56,700 nt of DNA from Octopus bimaculoides (GCF_001194135.2 NC_068983.1:73492851-73549550), one strand, 5' to 3'; positions 1-11,409 are shown, counted from the first letter of the stretch. The notes: generated from the sequence alone by a model not told the origin. Translations and numbers: made by a program.

Positions 1-30
1 ACACACACACACACACACACATACACAGAG

Positions 31-313
31 AGGATCTATTCTATGTCAATCAGATTTTTTACTTAATTTTTTAGAACTAAACAGTTTGAAACTTCGAATA
101 CTGGTAGAATTTCTCACGTAGAACACGGTTTACTCTGAACGTTTTTGACCAAATTTCGTATTTTAGAAGTTATTTCGTATTAAAGTTGTCGTATTTGAGT
201 AATTTAAACCAATCAATGACGTGTCTTCGGTTGAAGAAAGCTACGGCTGTTTGCGACAGTAATCAAAGAGGGACAACTTCCGGGTCATCTGTGATTGTGA
301 TGGAATAGATCCT
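31..313. mobile_element. MITE-like non-autonomous DNA element inserted in an (AC)n tract
   Basis: Imperfect terminal inverted repeats: AGGATCTATTCTAT at 31 versus the reverse complement of ATGGAATAGATCCT ending at 313. No ORF; CA repeats on both sides; TSD not resolved. Confidence 0.6.
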
Positions 314-1590
314 ACACACGCACACACATACGAATGAGTGAACGAAAAGGAGGTAGCAGTCAACACATTTAGTTGGAATTATATGTATTTAGAATAAGTT
401 TGATTCTGCTCTCCATTACTTAACGTTTTATGGACATATGACACATCCGCATCATCAGATGTCCAGTTTTCTTCGGACTCTCACTCGCATCTGTCAGATG
501 GATTCGTTACCTTATCTCTGTTTCAAAGTGTATGTATGCGCGTGCATGTGGCGAAAAGAGAGATCCTATACAAAAGTCTGGACTATCAAATATAAGCGCC
601 CTCTCCTTATTTGCTCTTCATGGTCTATAGGTGTGCATATTGAGAGTAGACTAATTCACCTTGGCCATGCTCGTCTCTCTCATACATCTGTCAGAAATGT
701 ACTGGTGCCAAACACTTCGTCCTCAACACACATCATTTTTTTCACATGGTACTTGAGAAAGTCGATTGGGGTTTGGTTAGAGAGAAAACGCTCTTAAGTT
801 CGTTTAATTTTAATCACACTTCATCTTTCGCGGCAGCATCCAGAGAGAAGTTACTTGTTTTTTCCTTTCAATGAAAGGTAGCGGGGTGATTTTCATAATA
901 TTCAATTGAGAGCCAAATCTACCTTTCACACGATAACAGTAATTCTACATAGCACTACACGTCAGCAATGTTTGGATACTGAATAAGTGTTCGGAGAACG
1001 GGGTCATCGCTTTCCACGCATCTTAAGCAGGGCCAATTGATAGTATTACAGTGACTGTAGAACTTAACCTGAACTGTCAATCACCTTCGGAGGCTCTGCC
1101 AAGCCAAGGTTTTTCGTTTTGTAAGTTGCTCGTAGGCTCTGAGTTGAATGTTCTTTGGAGTATATTGCTTAATAGATCTCCACATACACTTTGGGTATCT
1201 TCTAGAACGTCGTTGTTCATGATTCTCGCTAACCCTTTATAAAATGCAACGGTTAACGTTTCATTACTTGCATGGTTCAATTGACAAACTGATCAATAAA
1301 GAGCTTTACAAATCTAATAAATCCAACTCGTCATATTAATTTTTTCAGTTTTTTTCTTTATTTGGCTTTATATCCAGAAATAATTTCAACAAAATTCTTT
1401 TATCTTAAAACTGTCCCTAGACAGAAGTTGCTATTTTAGCACGTGATCTTCAACCACATCATATCGAGCTATCAGTACAAATGATGCTGAGGGTAGATGG
1501 ACCTTTCGACCGACGGAGCCCGTCCTTTCCAAAGGCTGCACCATTAGGTTAGGTACGAGAGTCAGGTGATAATACATAACGGAGAGTAAA

Positions 1591-1790
1591 GGAGCGAGCT
1601 TAGCAGAATCGTTTGCACACCGTGCAAAATGCTTGGCAGCATTTCGTCCGTCTTTACATCCTCAGTTCAAATTCCGCTGAGGTTCAGCCTTTTATCCTTT
1701 CGGGGTCGATAACCTAAGTTCCAGCTGAATGGAATTGACTTATCCCCTCTCCCGAAATTGCTAGCCTTGTGTCAAAATTTGAAACCAATA
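1591..1790 (+). mobile_element. tRNA-derived SINE, family S1 (GGCGGCGAGCTGGCAGAATC type)
   Basis: A-box-like TAGCAGAATCG and B-box-like GTTCAAATTCC. Body blocks CCTTTCGGGGTCGATAA and GCCTTGTGTCAAAATTTGAAACCAATA are shared with the copies at 9986, 27304, 27924, 42943, 47281 and 56159. Confidence 0.8.
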
Positions 1791-2269
1791 TATAACGAAG
1801 GGGATATAGGCGTACGTAACATATACCCAGATTTTTCAGAGTTACATTATTCTTAGACCATTTCTAAATTAGACCGACCACACCACCATAAGTTCATCCC
1901 ATTTCCTTTCTCCTTTTGGTGGGGGGGTCTTAGTCGAACAAAACAGAAAGTTCCATAATCGAATACCTGATCTCGTAATAAACCCTCTTCGACCTGCATC
2001 GCCTCTCCGGAGGATAAGGTCCTCTAAAATTGACATTGAACCGTCTGAAGAACAGGGATAAGCTCTAAAGAACTAGATTAGGGGAAACTTTAAAAAGCTG
2101 AGCTAGGCTGGGATTGGTGAAAGCCGAGGGAATCGAGAAAGGGATAGTTAAAGAAATATGACTAGTGCAAACTCTATCACCATCATGCGGTATTTCTGCA
2201 AAGCGTTGGTAGTAGTATAATAATTACTCATCCTTTCTTCATCACTGGTGTTCTCTTCCCTTCCGAAGG

Positions 2270-2324
2270 GTGTGTGCGTGCTTGCGTGCGTAAGTGTGTG
2301 TATGTGTGCGTATGTGTGTGTGTA

Positions 2325-2355
<31 letters not shown>

Positions 2356-2639
2356 GTTAGTGGTTGTGATGGTATTGGTGATGGCGGTTGGGTTTTGTTG
2401 GTGCTTTCTTGTTGTTGCTTTGTAATCTTGCGTGCATTAGTCTATATCGTTTTGTAGTCCATATTTCATTGTTGTTGTTGTTGTTGTTGTTGTTACTGCT
2501 GCTGCTGCTGCCATTACTTTTTTTTGAATGATAATGATGTGGATGAGAAATAAAAATCCATAATATTAAAATAATAATAAGAATACTAATACCGATGAAG
2601 ATGATGACGAGGGTGGTGTTGATAACAAGTACAACTATA

Positions 2640-2722
<83 letters not shown>
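2270..2722. repeat. Compound microsatellite: (TG)n, (GTT)n, (CTG)n, (CAA)n, (CTA)n
   Basis: Directly visible; explains the poly-Ser/Cys/Asn ORFs here. Confidence 0.95.
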
Positions 2723-2723
<1 letters not shown>

Positions 2724-3058
2724 AAACACACTGAACGGTTTATCCTCCACATCTGGAACCATTCTAGCCTTTGATGCATACTTATAGAGTCATGTGCGCG
2801 TGAATGCGTGTATACAAGCGTGTGTGTGTATATATGTGTGTGTAAAAGAGACAGGAAGGATAGAGAAGGAGAGAAGGAACGTGAGAGAGAAAGATGTTAC
2901 TGTTGAGCAGACACACACAGTCATATACATACATATACATATATATAATAGCATTTTTATATAAGCTTAACGCTTTTGGCGATCAACGTGCAAATGACTA
3001 AGGAAAATAGTCTAATAACGGGGCATATAAGCACTCGACAGAAAAAAAAGAAGGATTT

Positions 3059-3126
3059 CCTACCTGCGTGGGACTCGAACCCACGTCCTTTTGTTAGCGT
3101 TTGCTAACTTTACACCAACGAAATAG
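3059..3126 (-). pseudogene. tRNA-like SINE head or tRNA pseudogene
   Basis: Minus strand has a clean T-arm GTGGG-TTCGAGT-CCCAC (B box) and an A-box-like TGGTGTAAAG. The acceptor stem is mismatched and the middle hairpin GTTAGC-AAAC-GCTAAC has only a 4-nt loop, so it is not a functional tRNA. Confidence 0.45.
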
Positions 3127-4064
3127 CCTCCGTCTTTCTGTCAACTTTAAGAACTATATTAGTTCGTATTTGTTTTATGTAAACCAACTTTCTATATATG
3201 CTTTTAGTGCGAATCGTTTTGTTATACGGCGACACCGAAAGCATATATATATATATATATANNNNNNNNNNNNNNNNNNNNNNNNNNNNNNNNNNNNNNN
3301 NNNNNNNNNNNNNNNNNNNNNNNNNNNNNNNNNNNNNNNNNNNNNNNNNNNNNNNNNNNNNNNNNNNNNNNNNNNNNNNNNNNNNNNNNNNNNNNNNNNN
3401 NNNNNNNNNNNNNNNNNNNNNNNNNNNNNNNNNNNNNNNNNNNNNNNNNNNNNNNNNNNNNNNNNNNNNNNNNNNNNNNNNNNNNNNNNNNNNNNNNNNN
3501 NNNNNNNNNNNNNNNNNNNNNNNNNNNNNNNNNNNNNNNNNNNNNNNNNNNNNNNNNNNNNNNNNNNNNNNNNNNNNNNNNNNNNNNNNNNNNNNNNNNN
3601 NNNNNNNNNNNNNNNNNNNNNNNNNNNNNNNNNNNNNNNNNNNNNNNNNNNNNNNNNNNNNNNNNNNNNNNNNNNNNNNNNNNNNNNNNNNNNNNNNNNN
3701 NNNNNNNNNNNNNNNNNNNNNNNNNNNNNNNNNNNNNNNNNNNNNNNNNNNNNNNNNNNNNNNNNNNNNNNNNNNNNNNNNNNNNNNNNNNNNNNNNNNN
3801 NNNNNNNNNNNNNNNNNNNNNNNNNNNNNNNNNNNNNNNNNNNNNNNNNNNNNNNNNNNNNNNNNNNNNNNNNNNNNNNNNNNNNNNNNNNNNNNNNNNN
3901 NNNNNNNNNNNNNNNNNNNNNNNNNNNNNNNNNNNNNNNNNNNNNNNNNNNNNNNNNNNNNNNNNNNNNNNNNNNNNNNNNNNNNNNNNNNNNNNNNNNN
4001 NNNNNNNNNNNNNNNNNNNNNNNNNNNNNNNNNNNNNNNNNNNNNNNNNNNNNNNNNNNNNNNN

Positions 4065-4132
4065 CATAGGGTTACCCAGGGTTTCGCGTCCATAAAGAGC
4101 TTAGGTTCACATACGTCTCGTCAGACCCTACA
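4065..4132 (-). ncRNA. Minimal type-I hammerhead ribozyme motif (HHR1)
   Basis: Minus strand: TAGGGT / CTGACGA / 32-nt helix II closed by G-C (imperfect stem) / GAAA / helix III ACCC-T-GGGT / GUA cleavage triplet / ACCCTA, giving a perfect 6-bp helix I. Confidence 0.7.
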
Positions 4133-4186
4133 GACACACACACACACACCACACACACACGCACACACACACGCACACATGTATAT

Positions 4187-4360
4187 CTCCGAGACATCAA
4201 CGTCGGCAATGACACCCCGGTGTCACGCCACTTCCGTTCTGCCGGCCACTCCTTGCAGCAACACCTGTCTGTGTTTGGATTATCCATGCACAGGGGCCAT
4301 CCGGACTCCCGTTTGCGCCGTGAACAGGGATTGGTCTTCTCTCTCCGCTCCTTTGCGCCA
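4187..4360 (+). mobile_element. Penelope-like element relic: C-terminal part of the GIY-YIG endonuclease
   Basis: Translates as LRDINVGNDTPVSRHFRSAGHSLQQHLSVFGLSMHRGHPDSRLRREQGLVFSLRSFAP, matching the typical PLE pattern HL.DI....TPVA.HF...GH....R...EQ.LIF.L.T..P. Confidence 0.8.
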
Positions 4361-5682
4361 CTTATAATATTTACACAAGTTGTGACATTCATGCATTTCC
4401 AAATTGCGACGCAACTAAATTTTAATTACTTAAACTCAAGCAATGAAGTCGATTTAGTTCATTCAATTCGCCAGGAGGTATTGAAACCGTACAAAACTAG
4501 TGTACACTAGTGTATAACAAAATGAGAGAGAGAGGGAAGAAAGGGAAAGAGAGAAGAGGACTGATTATCTTGTATTAATACTAGGTATACAGACATAAAA
4601 ACATTTCCTTCTTAAAATATTACTCTATCAAGGGACAACTAAGTGCTCAAACTCAACAATATATAATTTCTCCACTTCTCGGACCACTTCAGTACAGGTC
4701 TGTGCAACGTTAATAATGTATTGAATTCAAAAGAAGAATTACTTTCCAAGAAGGTTTACATTTCAAAGAACATTTATTGTCAGTGCATAGCTATTGTATT
4801 GAGTGTACCATAGTCAAAACTTTATATAGCTGTTAAAACTAATTAAATTAGATGAAAAACTGTATAAAGTGGATAAAATTACAATAATCACTTTTATTTT
4901 TTCCGTTCTCAAGGCAGAATGTTCTAAATTTCTTTTTTTCTTTCCTCTCTCTTTTTTCTTCCCTTTGGTGCCTTCTTCAAGACGACAGAAAAAAGTAATT
5001 CTTGCAATATTATTCACTTTACACCATTATCCATATAATTTAATTCTATCTAACAACTAACTTGTACACAAAAACACAGCTTTGATTTCAATATACACAA
5101 TTCAAAGTCTACTGACAGAAAAAAAAAAGATTTTTCTTGAAATGTTAATCTTCTTGAAACGCAGTAGATTATTAAAGTTGTACATACTTGTACTGAAGAT
5201 GCCTGAGAAACCGAAATATACAAGTGCTGAAAAATTGTTGAATCTGATGACTTCTTAAAGCATTGATTGTGAAAAATCATTTCTAATTAACGAATAAAAC
5301 CAGAAATTTTAGGTGGGAAGGAGGTTGTCGATATCATTATCCCACTACTTGACCAGCACTTTATTTTATCAACCCCCGGAGTGATGAAAGGTGAAATTGA
5401 CCGAATATATATTAGCTATGTATAAAAATTATAAACAATAAACTAAAGTATACTTCAAAAGATACTGCTAAAAGTTGTATGTATCTCCATACAGGTACTA
5501 AAGACGGTCACTGAATCTTTACCGTTTGGTAACATCCTGACGTTACCCGAAGGCACAGATGTACTTATTGATTATATGCATGCATGTATATGAATATACA
5601 CATGCTTGAACGTTGTTGATTCTAGCTATGAATCTAGCTGGTCATGTTACTCTCATAATCTACCTACACACATAAAACTATG

Positions 5683-5718
<36 letters not shown>

Positions 5719-6392
5719 GTATGTATGTATGTATGTGTGTGTGTATATGTATGTATATATATATATATANNNNNNNNNNNNNNNNNNNNNNNNNNNNNNN
5801 NNNNNNNNNNNNNNNNNNNNNNNNNNNNNNNNNNNNNNNNNNNNNNNNNNNNNNNNNNNNNNNNNNNNNNNNNNNNNNNNNNNNNNNNNNNNNNNNNNNN
5901 NNNNNNNNNNNNNNNNNNNNNNNNNNNNNNNNNNNNNNNNNNNNNNNNNNNNNNNNNNNNNNNNNNNNNNNNNNNNNNNNNNNNNNNNNNNNNNNNNNNN
6001 NNNNNNNNNNNNNNNNNNNNNNNNNNNNNNNNNNNNNNNNNNNNNNNNNNNNNNNNNNNNNNNNNNNNNNNNNNNNNNNNNNNNNNNNNNNNNNNNNNNN
6101 NNNNNNNNNNNNNNNNNNNNNNNNNNNNNNNNNNNNNNNNNNNNNNNNNNNNNNNNNNNNNNNNNNNNNNNNNNNNNNNNNNNNNNNNNNNNNNNNNNNN
6201 NNNNNNNNNNNNNNNTGAGCCTGGATAGGCTTTAAAAGGGCGCATAAATGATAATATATATGTGTGTGTGTGTGTGTGTGTGTATGCATGCATATAGTGA
6301 ATTCAAATAAACGAACAATAAAATTAACAATAACAGACAACAGGAGGACGTGCACAACGAATGTGTATTAGTTTGACTCTCAGTAAAAAGAG

Positions 6393-6430
6393 TTTTTGAC
6401 GTTTCGAGCATAGCTCTTCGTCGGAAAGAA
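6393..6430 (-). ncRNA. Minimal hammerhead variant (HHR3) within an interspersed repeat
   Basis: Minus strand TTCTTT-CCGACGA-A-GAGC-TAT-GCTC-GAAAC-GTC-AAAAA: core with U4-to-C change, an extra A, perfect 4-bp helix II, loopless ACGU helix III, GUC triplet and a weak helix I. Confidence 0.5.
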
Positions 6431-6700
6431 GAAAGGGAAAAGTCCAAAGAAGGAAAAGAAATTGCCAACAGCACGTCCTTAGTTACAGCACTGAAGTGTG
6501 TACACACACACACACACACACACTCATGAGTGAGTAGAGAAATCAATAAGTGTGTGTTAACATAGATAATGCAACTTTAAAATCGGAATGTAAAGAAAAG
6601 TTTCAATTAGTACCTATAGGGTTTACATATGAAGAATAAAGAATATGGTCTTGAATTTGGACGAAGCCATTGGCTTAAAACGTTAGAAGAATTTATATAT

Positions 6701-7076
6701 TTTCGAGAGAACATTAATTTTATTTTTTACCTTTTTACGAATTGGATTTCGAAGTGAATATAAAGCTATAATTAATAGCATGTAAATATTGTCCTGAAAC
6801 CCGCATCCCACTTTTGGATAGAAACAAATGAAGGAAACGCAGAGATTAGAACTCACGCCTCCTGGAGATGTGCCTTGCCTGCTACTATTGTACCAAAGCA
6901 ATTATTTAGCTATCTCTCTCCATTCTAGTAACTTTTATTCTGACTATCGAGAACTGTATATTGTTCACGTCATAAATATTCATAAAATTTCGAGAGAACG
7001 TAAAACAATTTTTTAAAAATCAAGAATTGAATCTCGAAACACATGTAAAGCTATAATTGATAGCATGTAAATATTG
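6701..7076 (+). repeat. Pair of ~90-bp direct repeats (6701-6791 and 6988-7076) around a ~195-bp unique core
   Basis: Both copies start TTTCGAGAGAAC and end TAAAGCTATAATT(A/G)ATAGCATGTAAATATTG (30/31 identical). Confidence 0.7.
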
Positions 7077-7726
7077 GGCAAATAATTACGGCAATGTAGT
7101 GATGCGGCAAATATTCACTTATAACAGGGTGCACTGTGATATATAGTTTCGCATCAAACCAAATTAATCTGGCCTGATATTACGAGTATGTTATGTTAAA
7201 ATGGTTGGACGGGGGTTGGCACTGTTAAATGTTCTTAAATGAAGAAGGGTGACAATAAATATGTTTTAGAAGTATTGGTGTTGAGTTCCCTTGGTTTGCC
7301 CCAACTGTCGCGTTGGCAGGAGAAATATCATTGTTGTTATTACTGCTGTCATCGTTGTGTTACTACAGACCAATCTTGATTGAGAAACAATATGATTAAA
7401 AGCATTCTAGACGTGACCATCCCACCTGTTTAGTGTGTCTTACTTTTCTTAAAGATAGTAGACCTGGTCCTTTATTTTTGATTATTTTTAAGACAGTAGG
7501 GTTATTTTTGAGGACGATTTGGCTGCTATTTCTAATAGGTGATGGTATTGGTGTTGGTATGGATGGTGACGTTTAATGGTTGTGGAGGTGGTGACTGTGG
7601 TGGTGCTGGTAAAGTGATATTGCGTATAGTGGTGGTGGTGGTGGTGGTGTTATACAACATTGATTATGATTTTTCCGTTGACTAATGCTGGCTGCTGGTC
7701 ATACATTTAATACCACCACCACCACC

Positions 7727-7772
<46 letters not shown>

Positions 7773-7909
7773 CCATCACTACCAGCTCCTCCTCTTCCTT
7801 CATCTCTTCCTCCTTCCCTTCATCTCCCTCATCATAATTCTCTCCCTCCTACCACTACTGTTCATATTCATTAACTTGTTCCTATGTACATATATACAAA
7901 TAGAGAAAA

Positions 7910-7964
<55 letters not shown>

Positions 7965-8829
7965 TTNNNNNNNNNNNNNNNNNNNNNNNNNNNNNNNNNN
8001 NNNNNNNNNNNNNNNNNNNNNNNNNNNNNNNNNNNNNNNNNNNNNNNNNNNNNNNNNNNNNNNNNNNNNNNNNNNNNNNNNNNNNNNNNNNNNNNNNNNN
8101 NNNNNNNNNNNNNNNNNNNNNNNNNNNNNNNNNNNNNNNNNNNNNNNNNNNNNNNNNNNNNNNNNNNNNNNNNNNNNNNNNNNNNNNNNNNNNNNNNNNN
8201 NNNNNNNNNNNNNNNNNNNNNNNNNNNNNNNNNNNNNNNNNNNNNNNNNNNNNNNNNNNNNNNNNNNNNNNNNNNNNNNNNNNNNNNNNNNNNNNNNNNN
8301 NNNNNNNNNNNNNNNNNNNNNNNNNNNNNNNNNNNNNNNNNNNNNNNNNNNNNNNNNNNNNNNNNNNNNNNNNNNNNNNNNNNNNNNNNNNNNNNNNNNN
8401 NNNNNNNNNNNNNNNNNNNNNNNNNNNNNNNNNNNNNNNNNNNNNNNNNNNNNNNNNNNNNNNNNNNNNNNNNNNNNNNNNNNNNNNNNNNNNNNNNNNN
8501 NNNNNNNNNNNNNNNNNNNNNNNNNNNNNNNNNNNNNNNNNNNNNNNNNNNNNNNNNNNNNNNNNNNNNNNNNNNNNNNNNNNNNNNNNNNNNNNNNNNN
8601 NNNNNNNNNNNNNNNNNNNNNNNNNNNNNNNNNNNNNNNNNNNNNNNNNNNNNNNNNNNNNNNNNNNNNNNNNNNNNNNNNNNNNNNNNNNATATATATA
8701 TATATATAAATGTATGTATGTATAGACTGTCAGATACACAAGACTTAGAAAAATTAGATCTCAATGAAGTATTTTGACATTGTAGCTTTGATTTTTGGTG
8801 GCGGAAATTAATCTCAATGTTTTTCGTGT

Positions 8830-9430
8830 TAGTTTCCTTATGTGTTGTGAGAGTTATGTTGTATTTTGTGAATGCGTTTGGCTTCGTGTGAATTAACGTT
8901 TGTGTTGTGTTGTGTGTATGTGTGCTTGTGTGAGTTGTGTATTGCGTGTATCTGTGCGTGTAGTGTAAATTTATGTGTGTGTATGTCGTTCTCGTGTGTG
9001 TTTGTATATGAGCGCCTGTACGCATGAGTGTACATGTACGTGTGTGTTTGTGCATACGTGTGCGTCGGTGGTATGCGTGATATGCATATCTGTTTATGTG
9101 TAAACGTGTGTGCGTGTATGTGTCAGGATACGTGTGTATCCTTTTATGTGTAAGAGTGTTAAAAAGTGTGTGTCAGGCAGTGCATGAGTGTTAATGAATG
9201 TGTGAACGCTTGAATGAATGTGTGTGTCTCTGTCTGTGTATATGTAAATGCCGTCGCCCGCTGAATGTCCGTGCATGTGTGTGTGTACGTTTACATGTGT
9301 ATATATATGTGTATGGGTATGTTTAAGCGAGGGCGTCTGCGTAGGTATGTGTATGTATTTGTGTATGTGTATGTAACTATGTATGTGTATGTCTATATGT
9401 ATGTATGTTAACGTGTGAATGTACATAATT
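8830..9430. repeat. Long degenerate (TG)n-like low-complexity tract
   Basis: Alternating purine/pyrimidine TG/TA/CG-rich sequence; source of the His/Thr ORFs. Confidence 0.85.
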
Positions 9431-9692
9431 GTGTGTACGATGTTTCTTTTCCGAATTGATAAGAAAAGGGGAAAAATGCAGAAAACGAAACGGAATAATG
9501 AAATAAATTAGTGAGGGTGGGGAGGAGAGAGAGAAGGGGAGAGAGAGAAATGAGAATAAAGAAAAATCCTCTTTGATTTTATTGATATATCATATTTTAT
9601 CTATTTATTTATTTACAAACGTTATTAATCTTTTAAAATTATATCTGTTCATTCAGCTATATTTATACTTTCATGTTTTGTTTTATAAGCAG

Positions 9693-9792
9693 AGGACTTC
9701 AGCTTTCCGACCAAGCCCTCATCAATCAATGTCATCGAGTTGGACTGAAACATGGACAGGGACGCTTTCTGCTTCCTAATGTTTCATGAAAG
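9693..9792 (+). other. Candidate exon (UTR, or 5' UTR plus start codon at 9752)
   Basis: Pyrimidine-rich acceptor GTTTTGTTTTATAAGCAG, and donors AG|GTGGGT (9793) or GG|GTGAGT (9797). All three frames from the exon start contain stops; an ATG at 9752 gives MDRDAFCFLMFHE. Confidence 0.2.
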
Positions 9793-9985
9793 GTGGGTGA
9801 GTGTATGTAGAGAAACTGTTACGTGTTACCAAACCCGAGGTTTTTGTCGGGAAAGAGCAATTTGGTCAGAATCTTGGTGGGAGAGATGGGCGGCTAACCT
9901 GATGCTTTCCAATTCTCGGTTATCTTTTCTCCATTATCCGTGCCTTTGCTCGTATATATTGTGAATTATTTGAATTAGTTTTTGA

Positions 9986-10200
9986 AGGCGTTGAGTTCAT
10001 AGAATCGTTACCGCTTCAGGCAAAAACGCTTAGCGGCATTTCTTCTGGTTTTACATTCTGGGTTCAAATGTCAGAGAGGTCGATTTTGCCTTTCATACTT
10101 TTGGGGTCGATAAAATAAGTACCAGTTGAGTACTGGGGTCGATGTAATCGATTATTCCTTCCACACAAAAGTTCAGGCCTTGTACCTATAATAGAAAAAT
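9986..10200 (+). mobile_element. tRNA-derived SINE, family S1
   Basis: GGGGTCGATAAAATAAGTACCAGTTGAGTACTGGGGTCGATGTAATCGA core matches the other S1 copies. Confidence 0.8.
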
Positions 10201-10339
10201 GTTTACACACACCACACACACACACTATACACCATACACATACACACACATACACTCACACGCACACGCACACATACACACACATGCTTAGCCGTCACAT
10301 ACAAGCGACGAGTATGATCTGGAAGCTTGTATCACACTT

Positions 10340-10590
10340 TCGCTAATTGTTTAAGTTACCTTTGTAGTCGTTAGCAGATAAAGATGCCCCTAAGTCGTCC
10401 CTTCCTTGACACAGTGGAATCTGCAGCATGTGCAGCTGAAAGGAGAGACAGCCGGATCAGTAGCCGGCTGATTCTCATTTTCAGGTTAGTTGACTGAGGC
10501 GAGGTGAAAATATGTGCCTTTACTCAAGGGCACTAGGTGTCGCTCGGTTCACGAATCAAACCTAAGATTTTAACCACTCAGTCACACGCG
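10340..10590 (-). mobile_element. Degraded SINE with CORE-like central domain
   Basis: Minus strand GTGCCCTTGAGTAAAGGCACATATTTTCACC resembles the CORE-type block in the 32.3-kb SINE. Confidence 0.4.
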
Positions 10591-10671
10591 ATATGTATGT
10601 ATGTATGTATGATGAATACATACATACATTCGTTTATACATACATACATACATACATACATACATACATAC

Positions 10672-11331
10672 ATGTCATATTTCTATGGAAGACATTACGC
10701 ATGTGATTAGCAGCTGTCCTAAAATGTCGTCACGGTACTACCTCTCGACGCGACACAATGTTCTTGCTAAAACAATTTACAATGCCTTCCGCGAAAAAGA
10801 CTGTCCTGAAATAAACTTAGAAAATCCCTCTGTTATGGAATACATTCATAAACACCAACTCAAGGAATACTATTGGAATATTCCTATTAAAATGTCTGTC
10901 AAATGTAAGCATAAAGGGCCTATATTGTTGTTTGGGACAGAGGGGTAAAGGTATGTACCATCATAGAGGTTAGCTGCTCTGAAGATGTAAATATCTCTTT
11001 GAAAATCAAAGAAAAAAAGATATCTATGGACAACTGCTTCGAAACCTCCAGCCTCTATATCCAGACTATGAATACGTATTCATACCAATAATAATTGGAG
11101 CACTAGCTTTTGTTAGTAAATGCTTAAATGCAGAAAAAGAATTTGACCGGCTGATTCGTACATTACATGTGCAATCTATGAGTGGAACAGTAAAAATATG
11201 CAAGACTTTTCTCAAGTTCCAAATGTGAATTTGTCTGTGTTAGCAACATCCCAAAGGTGGAGCCTTGTATCTTTGTTGGAAACTGGCTCCCTCCTCAGGG
11301 AAAGATTTATAATAATTAAAAAATAGAAGAC
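10672..11331 (+). mobile_element. R4/Dong-type non-LTR retrotransposon 3' fragment, family A, copy 1
   Basis: CH.SMEDITHVISSCPKMSSRYYLSTRHNVLAKTIY (zinc knuckle), a frameshifted restriction-like endonuclease, C-terminus GTVKICKTFLKFQM* and 3' UTR. Flanked by (TACA)n on both sides; near-identical to 31057-31835. Confidence 0.85.
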
Positions 11332-11409
11332 ACATACATACACGCACATGCAAGCAAATAGGTGCAAAAACAACTGGGTTAATAGTACTCGGATACTAAA
11401 GGTAGAGTA

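Noticed and set aside
437-471. CTGATGA with a 7-bp flanking inverted repeat (TGGACAT/ATGTCCA) on the minus strand
   Set aside because: No GAAA and no room for helices II and III; not a hammerhead.
1850-2230. Unique segment with minus-strand FITRSGIRLWNFL resembling a LINE C-terminus
   Set aside because: A single short motif without supporting upstream homology; too weak to call.
4496-4511. Perfect 16-bp palindrome ACTAGTGTACACTAGT, and AAGCGAG-T-CTCGCTT at 36446-36460
   Set aside because: Isolated short palindromes are expected occasionally in 57 kb, and the first is also a 10-bp tandem duplication. No context supports a function.
5186-5226. CTGAAGA...GAAA with CTTGTA/TACAAG flanks
   Set aside because: Helix II does not pair and there is no helix III; at best an unrecognisable relic.
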